Assembly (NCBI GenBank): GCA_037076615.1
Contig: AP029158.1
Span: forward strand, 325,470-389,469
Origin: Candidatus Parcubacteria bacterium
GTDB taxonomy: Bacteria; Patescibacteriota; Patescibacteriia; Patescibacteriales; UBA12465
DNA length: 64,000 nucleotides
Reading direction: 5' to 3'
Both the position numbers and the translations under genes were made by a program. Positions 28,325 through 35,581 of the stretch are shown here, one piece after another. How positions within the stretch are numbered: the first letter of the stretch is position 1; each line of letters begins with the position of its first letter. The notes under the pieces were generated by a model. The model had not been told where the DNA came from and did not search any database. It saw only the letters and a program-made list of their open reading frames with translations.

Positions 28325-28366
28325 ACAAACATATATATATATTTCAAAAAATAACTAAAAAATATT

Positions 28367-30372
28367 ATGAAGAAAGTTTTTTGGGCTAAGTTTTTAAAAC
28401 TAATATTATTGGCTCTTTTTTTATTTTTACCAGCAGCTAGTAGAGCTAGCAATCCTTTTTTTACAATTACAAAAGGTTGGAGACAAGACTTTAATCGCTT
28501 GTTAACAGGAATAGGCGAAAAAGCTACTTCAAAAACCAATACCGAAGGCATCTATTCTTTTATTAATCGCTGTTCTGGTGATATTTTGTCGGTAATAATT
28601 CAGCAACTGAGTTTCAATCCTTTTTAAATAATCCTCCCGCTTGTGTTGAAAAAAATGAATGTGGTGATGGTGTTTGTCAGTCGTCAACAGAAAATCCGAC
28701 TAACTGCCCTGATGATTGTTATCGCCCGAGCGGTTATTGTGGTGATGGCATTTGTCAAACAAATAGCGGGGTTCAAGTCTGGGTCTCTTATAACCCCCCT
28801 AAAGAAAGTACTTATTGGGAAAAAACTTGCCGAGAGAAGACTAATCGCTGGATTTGGGTACCAATCGTAAATACTATTTTAGTTTGGACAGGAAACACTA
28901 GCCATATGGTTTGTGATGATGTTAAAAAGACCGTTAAAATTTATGGCGGTTATGTTGACGGCGGTGAAGCTTATACAGTAAGCGATAGCAGCAAACAAAC
29001 TGAGTGCAAACAAGATTGTGCTCCTCCTCCAACCCTTGGTTGTGGGACTTGCGGTTATAATGCAGAAGGGGAACTCTGTCCTAATAATTGTGGCGACAAA
29101 GGATATAACTTAGTTAATTGCTCTTTTAAGGCAGCGGTAAGCGTTACTGAATGCAAAAACGTAAACCCACTAATCCCTTTGGTTAAAAATAATAATAATT
29201 CGTTTTTAAAAAAATATTTTAGTGTTGCTTCCGCTTTAGCGTATATTGAACCAACTGGTGCTGGCACCATAGAAGATTGCATCACTTATCATACCGATGC
29301 TTACTGGACCTGCGATAATAGTGATGATTCTTCTTTGTGTGCCGCTGGGTATTATTGTACTAATGCTGGAGGTTTAAATACATCTTTTTGCCCCTCTGGT
29401 AAAACTTGTCAAATGATTACTTGTCCGGCAGGTAGTTTTTGTCCTAAAGGATCTTCTTATCCCCGATATTGTCCCTATAATTACTATAGCGATTCTGGTG
29501 CTTCAAGTTGTACACAATGTCCGACCGGAACTGGGACGATGACGGGTGGAGCGGCTGGTGTTGCCTCTTGTGAGCCACTTAATATTGCAAACGATGGCGT
29601 CTGTAATACCCTTGAAGATCCAACAAACTCTCCTCAAGATTGCCCAGATAACTTATCTGACTCTCGTCAAGCTGGATGGATTGGTGATGGGTTATGCACT
29701 GGTATTGAAACGATTGCGAATTCTTTGGATTGTTCTTGTGGTAACGGCGTCTGCGATGCTAACGAGAGTGACTTACTTTGTATAGCTGATTGTACTTGTC
29801 TGGATAATATTTGTGACACTGGGGAAACAAATAAATGTGCGGTTGGTGGCGTGACTCAAACTAATCCTGGTTGCTCAACGCTAGCAAACATCGATCGTTG
29901 TGGTGATGGTGTTTGTTCTACGGGTGAGAGCTATAATGAGACTTTAAAAAAGATTGTTTGTCAGGCTGATTGTTTTTGTGGTAACCGTGTTTGTGAGCCA
30001 GCAATTGGAGAAACCATGTCAACATGTTTTCGTGACTGTTCTTGTGGCAATGGTATTTGTGATGGGGTTGATACCAGATATAATTGCCTTCAAGATTGCT
30101 CCTGCGGTAACGGTACTTGCGAGCCTCAATATGGAGAAAATTGGAGAACTTGTCTTACCGACTGTCGTTGCGGCAATGGTATTTGTGACAGCTCTTACGG
30201 AGAAACTCCTTCTAATTGCTATATAGATTGCAGTGTTTGTGGTAATGGTGTTTGTGAATTTAGAGAGACTGCTACAAAACCAGTTCCACTAGGCTTCGTA
30301 TATTGTTACAATGATTGTAGTGATAATGAGTGTTTACCAGGGGAGCCGTGCCATATCATAAAAGAACAATAA
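28367..30372 (+). pseudogene. Secreted cysteine-rich repeat protein, reading frame interrupted by a 1-nt frame change near T5 tract 28621-28625 (pseudogene, phase variant, assembly error or -1 frameshift)
   Basis: The signal-peptide ORF (28367-28627) stops at TAA. The downstream frame is open from 28582 and encodes CGDGVCQ / CGDGICQ family motifs well before its first ATG at 28906. One extra T at 28621-28625 fuses the two into a protein of about 668 aa. Confidence 0.6.
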
Positions 30373-30381
30373 AACGTCAAT

Positions 30382-30819
30382 ATGAATAAAAAACAAAAAA
30401 TTATTTTTTTTGCAATTATCTTCTTCCTACTGCTTGGTTTAAGTTTTATTTTTTATAAAAATAAACAAAAACTCCCCGATGTAGAAAACGAAGCTAATGC
30501 AGAACAGCAAAATCTGGATCAGTCACCCGCTTACACTCCCACTGCTCGCGAAGCCAGTAACTGGAACGCTCCTTTTACTAAACAGATTCAAGTGGTTTTT
30601 GCTACTGAAGAAGAACGAGAACAAATGGGAATAAATGTTAGCCCTTTATTTGATCCGGCGCGTATTCAGGTTTTAGAGCGAGATGAGAATGGTCGGGTAA
30701 TTACCTATAAAAAGATTTATAACGATAATGAAATTATCCACGAATTATATCTCCCCACTGGAAGTTTAAGTGAAGGAGGAATTGTCCCAATAATTGAAGA
30801 GAGTGAAGAAAATATATAA
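30382..30819 (+). CDS. Membrane-anchored hypothetical protein
   Basis: 145-aa ORF 9 nt after the Cys-rich gene, with an N-terminal transmembrane helix (IIFFAIIFFLLLGLSFIFY). Confidence 0.5.
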   Translation: MNKKQKIIFFAIIFFLLLGLSFIFYKNKQKLPDVENEANAEQQNLDQSPAYTPTAREASNWNAPFTKQIQVVFATEEEREQMGINVSPLFDPARIQVLERDENGRVITYKKIYNDNEIIHELYLPTGSLSEGGIVPIIEESEENI

Positions 30820-30823
30820 CAGC

Positions 30824-30853
30824 TAAAAAAGCTCCCAGTCGGGAGCTTTTTTT
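30824..30853. terminator. Bidirectional intrinsic terminator
   Basis: AGCTCCC-AGTC-GGGAGCT stem flanked by an A-run and a T-run. Confidence 0.85.
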
Positions 30854-32219
30854 AAGCCTGTTTTTTAGGGTTAAAGCCTAAAACAGCCAGGAGCGACCCG
30901 GCAAGAATCCAGAAATTCCACTGCATAACCGCATCTTTAATCACATTATCGGTTAAACTGGCACCGAGAATTCCTAAAATAAAAATAGCAATAAAGAAGA
31001 TTAGCATTCTTAGGCGGGGGCGCTTTTCACACTTAAAGGCTAAAAAGAAGCGTCGCAGTAAGTCGGCATAAATTGCCAAATAACTTACCAAAAGAACAAC
31101 GCCACCCTCCAGCCAAACTCGCAGGTAATCATTATGCGGCTCGGTATCCATCATCAAACGAGGAATATTTTTTCCCAAAAAAACTGAAGCCGTCCCCGGA
31201 CCGTAACCAAGCCACGGGCTTTTTTTGATGTAACCGACAATGTCTCGCCACAAATCTAAGCGCCAGGAGGCGGATCCGGTAATCCCAATGCTGGATAAAG
31301 AATTTATGCGTTCTTGAAAGAAGGGCACAAAGGCATATATCAAAAGAAAGGTAAGAATACCGACGAGCAAGAGCTTTTTAAAATAAACAACACCGACTAC
31401 TATCAAAATACCGGCGAGAGCCAGCCAGGCAATGCGGGTGTAGGTGAAAATTAAAGGTACGAGAAAAAATAAACTTAAAAGTAGATAAGGCCAACGTTGA
31501 ACCGATTGTTTACGTAAATTTAAAACTAAAAACAGAGTTAAAGAAATTATTAAAACCAAATAAAGAGCGAGCATGTTTGGGTGAGTAAAAGTTCCGACCG
31601 CTCGCCATTGTTCGCCATCATAAAATCCGCCCCGATTAATTATTTGCTGCCAAGCCACGGCCGCCGGGACGATCGCCGTAAAAATCAAAGCTCGAATTAA
31701 ATTGGTTAATTTTTGAGGGGTGTTAAAAATAAGGTAACTGTAAATAAAGATGGAGACAAAGCTTAAGAGGCGGAAAAGATTAACCAAACTGGCGCCGCGA
31801 TCAAAGGAAATAAATATCGAAAGGATAATAGTTAAGCTTAAAAAAATTAGCCACGGATAAAAAATTTTCTGCTGCTGCGGCTTTAAAGGGTGGCGGTAAA
31901 GCTGATAAAAAGCCAAGACAATCGGCATCAAGCCTAAAATAAAAGTCAAAGTAATCTCTAGGGAACCTAAATTAAACAAGGCTAATTTACTACCAAAAGA
32001 ATCAAAAACGGTTCGTAAAAAAATCAAGGCAAAAAAGCCGGCTTGAGGATTAAAAAAGGACCAAACAAAAATAGCGATGGACGCTAATAAAAAAATTAGA
32101 CTTAAAGAATCGCCGGTCCAAAAGAGAGTTAGAAGCGTACCGCCGATTGCCAATAAACCCAAAGTAACTACCGCCGTTTGCGATAAGTCCGCTTTAGTCG
32201 CTTTATTCCTTTCAGTCAT
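30852..32219 (-). CDS. O-antigen ligase / polymerase family (Wzy_C-like) polytopic membrane protein
   Basis: At least 10 predicted transmembrane helices and a loop with TEPHNDYLRVWLEGG typical of the family. The start is set at ATG 32219 (MTERNK). Confidence 0.7.
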   Translation of the reverse strand: MTERNKATKADLSQTAVVTLGLLAIGGTLLTLFWTGDSLSLIFLLASIAIFVWSFFNPQAGFFALIFLRTVFDSFGSKLALFNLGSLEITLTFILGLMPIVLAFYQLYRHPLKPQQQKIFYPWLIFLSLTIILSIFISFDRGASLVNLFRLLSFVSIFIYSYLIFNTPQKLTNLIRALIFTAIVPAAVAWQQIINRGGFYDGEQWRAVGTFTHPNMLALYLVLIISLTLFLVLNLRKQSVQRWPYLLLSLFFLVPLIFTYTRIAWLALAGILIVVGVVYFKKLLLVGILTFLLIYAFVPFFQERINSLSSIGITGSASWRLDLWRDIVGYIKKSPWLGYGPGTASVFLGKNIPRLMMDTEPHNDYLRVWLEGGVVLLVSYLAIYADLLRRFFLAFKCEKRPRLRMLIFFIAIFILGILGASLTDNVIKDAVMQWNFWILAGSLLAVLGFNPKKQA

Positions 32220-32277
32220 AAAAAATGCTATGCTTAATGTATTAATCTTAAGGAAAAAGCGGCTTAAAGTCAAAAAT

Positions 32278-33483
32278 ATGACCATTGTCCAGGCTAATAA
32301 ATTTCTTTATCCTAAGGGCGGGGCTGATCGCTACTGCTTAACTTTAATAAAAGAGTTGGAAGCTAGCGGCTATAAAGTGGTTCCGTTTGGGATGGTTGAT
32401 TCGCGTAACTTGGAATCCCCTTGGGAAAAATATTTTACCGCACCGGTTGATTATTATGGTTCCGGAAATAAATTTAAAATGGCTAAAAATATAATTTGGA
32501 ACCGATCGGCCGCCCGGCAGTTTGGCGAGCTTTTAGATAAGGCCAAGCCGGATTTAGTTCATGCTCATAATATTTATCACCAATTATCGCCAGCAATTTT
32601 GCCGGAAGCGAAACGACGAGGAGTAAAAATGGTGATGACTCTGCATGATTACAAGCTCGTTTGTCCTAATTACCGCCTATTTACCAAAGGGCACCATTGT
32701 GAAGCTTGTCTGAATGGAAGCTATTTTAATTGTTTAAAAAATAATTGTTACGAATCTTATCCTCGGAGTGCAGTCGCGGCCTTAGAAAGTTTTTTGCATA
32801 ACAAAGAGTGGGGCACTTATTATAAGAATGTTGATCTCTTGATTTCTCCTAGTGAATATTTAAAGAGTAAAATGGTCCAAGTCGGTTGGCCCGCCTCGAG
32901 AATAAAAGTTTTACTTAACCCGGCGCCGCCTTATGATCCGCAAGCGGATGGGGAAAGATTACTTTATTTAGGCCGACTGACAAAAGAGAAGGGGGTACAT
33001 ATTTTATTGCAGGCTTTAGAGGGTACTGACGAATATTTGGATATTGCCGGCACCGGCCCGGAAGAAGAAAATTTAAAGGCTCTAGTCAAAGAGCTTGGTT
33101 TAACAGAAAGAGTGACTTTTCATGGCCACCTTGACGGCGAAACTTTGGAAAAGTTAAAAAAAGAGGCTAAAGCCGTAATCTTACCTTCGGTTTGGGCAGA
33201 GAATATGTCTTTAGTTTTATTGGAATCATTAGCTTACGGGAAACTGATTATCGCCTCTAAGACGGGCGGCACCCCGGAAATTATTAGGGACGGTGAAACC
33301 GGCTGGTTATTTCCCGCTGGTGATATAGCGGCCTTAAGAGGGTGTTTGGGTGAGATAAATGAGTTAACTCCACCTGAACGAGAACACCGAAAGCATAAAA
33401 TTAAAGATTTAATAGAGCCCTTATCTTTAGAAAACCACTTGGAAAAACTAACGGAATACTACCGAGAAGTCTTAGAATCTTAA
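32278..33483 (+). CDS. Glycosyltransferase family 4
   Basis: GT-B pattern with C-terminal LPSVWAENMSLVLLESLAYGKLIIASKTGGTPEIIRDGETGWLF (E-x7-E region). The start is set at ATG 32278 (MTIVQANKF), because the track extension is antisense to the neighbouring gene. Confidence 0.85.
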   Translation: MTIVQANKFLYPKGGADRYCLTLIKELEASGYKVVPFGMVDSRNLESPWEKYFTAPVDYYGSGNKFKMAKNIIWNRSAARQFGELLDKAKPDLVHAHNIYHQLSPAILPEAKRRGVKMVMTLHDYKLVCPNYRLFTKGHHCEACLNGSYFNCLKNNCYESYPRSAVAALESFLHNKEWGTYYKNVDLLISPSEYLKSKMVQVGWPASRIKVLLNPAPPYDPQADGERLLYLGRLTKEKGVHILLQALEGTDEYLDIAGTGPEEENLKALVKELGLTERVTFHGHLDGETLEKLKKEAKAVILPSVWAENMSLVLLESLAYGKLIIASKTGGTPEIIRDGETGWLFPAGDIAALRGCLGEINELTPPEREHRKHKIKDLIEPLSLENHLEKLTEYYREVLES

Positions 33484-33503
33484 GTTTTTAAAGATATTTT
33501 ATC

Positions 33504-33531
33504 AAAGCCTCCTCCTAAAGGGGGCTTTTTC
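33504..33531 (+). terminator. Intrinsic terminator after the GT4 gene
   Basis: GCCTCC / GGGGGC stem (one G-U pair) followed by T5. Confidence 0.55.
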
Positions 33532-33534
33532 CTA

Positions 33535-33695
33535 TTGACAAAATAATAAATATATGATACTATATCCAGGTTAGTATTGACAAATAGTTATAAAGTAATT
33601 AAAAGCTTATTTCTCTAAAGTATTGACAAAATCTAAAATATATACTATAATAGAATCATAAAAATATTGACAAAAAACCATTTTAATTCTAGAAT
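33535..33695 (+). promoter_or_regulatory. Array of four tandem TATTGACAAA promoters spaced 42-46 bp apart
   Basis: There are four TTGACA hexamers, each with a 17-nt spacer. 33535: TGaTACTAT. 33577: TAAAAG (weak). 33623: TATAAT (perfect). 33667: TAGAAT. The ATG is at 33714. Confidence 0.6.
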
Positions 33696-33713
33696 AGTTA
33701 GTCGTTAAAAAAT

Positions 33714-34619
33714 ATGGATATTAAAGATTTTCAAAAATTACTAAAACAGGGGCGGGGAATTATGGTCGCTTTTATCTTGACTTTTCTCATTGTCGGCTTG
33801 ATTATTACTTTAGCCCAACCCTTAAAGTATCGTTCTCGTTCTCGTCTGTTAATTTTACAGCCGAATGCCAGCGATGCTTATACCGTGGCTCGCACTAATG
33901 AGTACATCGGGAATTTGACTGCCCGTGTGATTACCTCGGGCTCTTTCTTAAATACTTTAAAAAATTCCGACGCGGTTTTTGATCGTAATTATTTTGCCGG
34001 AAATTATAAAGATAGTGTAAAGAAGTGGAATAAGACAGTTTTTGCTCGCAGCGGCGGTGATACCGGAATTATTGATATTGAAATCTATCACACGAACCCT
34101 AAAGAGGCCGAACGTTTATCTTTAGCGGCTAACAGCATTATTACTTCTGGCAACGGTCCTTATCGTTTTAAATCCGATCAGAATTTAATTACAGTTATTG
34201 ACCAGCCGGTCGTCTCGAGTTTTCCAGTCAAACCCAATCTTCCCTTGAATTTAACTTTAAGTTTAGTCTTTGGTTTCTTGGCGGGCGCTTCCTATATTTA
34301 TTTATTCCCGGAGCGAATAAGGTCTCAGGCCAAGGCGAAAAAAAGAAAAAAAATAATGGCCAGTGCGCCGGTTTATCAAAATCCTTACGCTTATCAGCCC
34401 GCCGCGCCAACACCAACTGCGGATCCTAACAATAATAATTACGGTGGCTATTTCACTTATCCGGAATATACCGAGCCTTATCAAGAACCGCCTCTTGCGG
34501 AGCGCCCCACACCACCAGTTAATTTGCCCTTTTCTCCGGAAACTAATTTTGGCGGCTACGAACCGCAAGAACTAGGGCCAGAATTTAGGGGTAATATTAA
34601 TAACGTCATTGGAGAATAA
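33714..34619 (+). CDS. Polysaccharide co-polymerase (Wzz / CapA-like, PCP2b-type) with a Pro/Tyr-rich C-terminal tail
   Basis: Wzz-type N-terminus (KLLKQGRGIMVAFILTFLIVGLIITLAQPLKY) and a second transmembrane helix (LTLSLVFGFLAGASYIYLF). These are followed by KAKKRKK and an 87-aa Pro/Tyr-rich tail. Confidence 0.65.
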   Translation: MDIKDFQKLLKQGRGIMVAFILTFLIVGLIITLAQPLKYRSRSRLLILQPNASDAYTVARTNEYIGNLTARVITSGSFLNTLKNSDAVFDRNYFAGNYKDSVKKWNKTVFARSGGDTGIIDIEIYHTNPKEAERLSLAANSIITSGNGPYRFKSDQNLITVIDQPVVSSFPVKPNLPLNLTLSLVFGFLAGASYIYLFPERIRSQAKAKKRKKIMASAPVYQNPYAYQPAAPTPTADPNNNNYGGYFTYPEYTEPYQEPPLAERPTPPVNLPFSPETNFGGYEPQELGPEFRGNINNVIGE

Positions 34620-34629
34620 ATTATTCTCC

Positions 34630-34672
34630 TAAGACTTGAGTGCCGGACTGACGGTGCGGCCCTCAAGACTTA
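34630..34672 (+). other. Perfect 11-bp-stem hairpin with a GC-rich loop and no U-tail
   Basis: TAAGACTTGAG (34630-34640) pairs with CTCAAGACTTA (34662-34672). The loop is TGCCGGACTGACGGTGCGGCC. Confidence 0.6.
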
Positions 34673-34704
34673 AAATGAACATTAACAACTAAAAATAAGA
34701 AAAG

Positions 34705-35556
34705 ATGAAAAGAACAGCTTTTTTATGTTTGCTGGTGGGAGGACTTTTCTTCCTTTGGCAACCGGCTCAGGCCCAGGAATTGATTGGCGTCGGCGGTTAT
34801 GGTTATAACCAGACTGCCAAAAACTTTAATGAAACCGGAAATTATTTCTTCGGTGAAGCACGATTAATGTTTCCCGTAAATCAAGAAAAAAACTTTCGGG
34901 TAGGCCCTTATCTCGGATATGTCGCCTATGGTAACAAAACTTCCATTTCGGATTTTTCCGGTCGAGAGTTTAAGTATGGAATATCTGTTGATGTTTATGG
35001 TCCGACAAAGAATTCCAATCAATATTATTTTTGGAACACTATCGGCGGTAAGAGGTCAAATGACGATTATTCAGAGAATCTCTTTGATTCGGAGACTAAA
35101 ACAAACTTAATTTTTTTAGAAGGTGGAATTAGTTTCGCCAGAAAAAACTATGGTTGGTTTAGTCACCATCAGGGAACTTGGTCTTACCAACATCCTGTTG
35201 GCAAAGAAAAAGTAAGTGCCCAGTGGAATGGAAAAACAGTCAGTACTGAGCCTTGGAACAAACAATCACTTAGATTGACTTGGGAAAGTGGCGTTATTAA
35301 TTTCGGCGGCCGCGTTTTGCGCGCTGAACCACTTTTAAAAGTCGGTTACGGCCACGAATTCGGACGGGAAATCAGTTATTATGAATACGGCGGCGGTTTC
35401 GCTTTCGGTATTTATAAAAACTGGTATCGGGAAATTTTAAAGGTTACTGTCTTTAACAGACAAGACTTTAAAAGAGTTGAAGGCACTCCCTCGGGACGGC
35501 TAAATGCAGAAGTGGTGTTAAATGTCACTGCTCTCGCTGGATTAATTTATAAGTAA
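34705..35556 (+). CDS. Exported protein with an outer-membrane beta-barrel-like sequence pattern
   Basis: Signal peptide ending AQA-QE. There are repeated amphipathic beta-strand-like segments rich in Gly and aromatic residues (FRVGPYLGYVAYG, KYGISVDVYG, LIFLEGGISFAR, LLKVGYGHEFG, YGGGFAFGIYK). Confidence 0.45.
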   Translation: MKRTAFLCLLVGGLFFLWQPAQAQELIGVGGYGYNQTAKNFNETGNYFFGEARLMFPVNQEKNFRVGPYLGYVAYGNKTSISDFSGREFKYGISVDVYGPTKNSNQYYFWNTIGGKRSNDDYSENLFDSETKTNLIFLEGGISFARKNYGWFSHHQGTWSYQHPVGKEKVSAQWNGKTVSTEPWNKQSLRLTWESGVINFGGRVLRAEPLLKVGYGHEFGREISYYEYGGGFAFGIYKNWYREILKVTVFNRQDFKRVEGTPSGRLNAEVVLNVTALAGLIYK

Positions 35557-35581
35557 AACAACAACAAAAAACTGATAAAAG

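Larger units (their letters stand above)
28237..28348. repeat. Exact 56-bp tandem duplication (2 units)
   Basis: Units 28237-28292 and 28293-28348 are identical base for base. Each contains an (AT)6 tract. Confidence 0.97.

Noticed and set aside
28237-28348. Possible CRISPR array or mobile-element end
   Set aside because: There are only two directly abutting identical units with no spacers. The content is a promoter plus an (AT)6 tract. No cas genes or inverted terminal repeats are present.
28643-28870. 75-aa ORF between the signal-peptide ORF and the Cys-rich ORF
   Set aside because: It is in the wrong frame. The alternative frame across the same DNA encodes the CGDG[VI]CQ family motif and is continuous with the downstream gene.
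32077-32285. Mutually overlapping N-terminal extensions of the divergent O-antigen-ligase-like and GT4 ORFs
   Set aside because: Each extension is antisense to the other gene and lacks family-like sequence. The internal ATGs at 32219 (minus strand) and 32278 (plus strand) give normal N-termini.
34228-34575. Three overlapping ORFs on both strands within the 3' part of the PCP gene
   Set aside because: They are artefacts of the Pro/Tyr-rich, codon-repetitive tail. The PCP frame is continuous from 33714.
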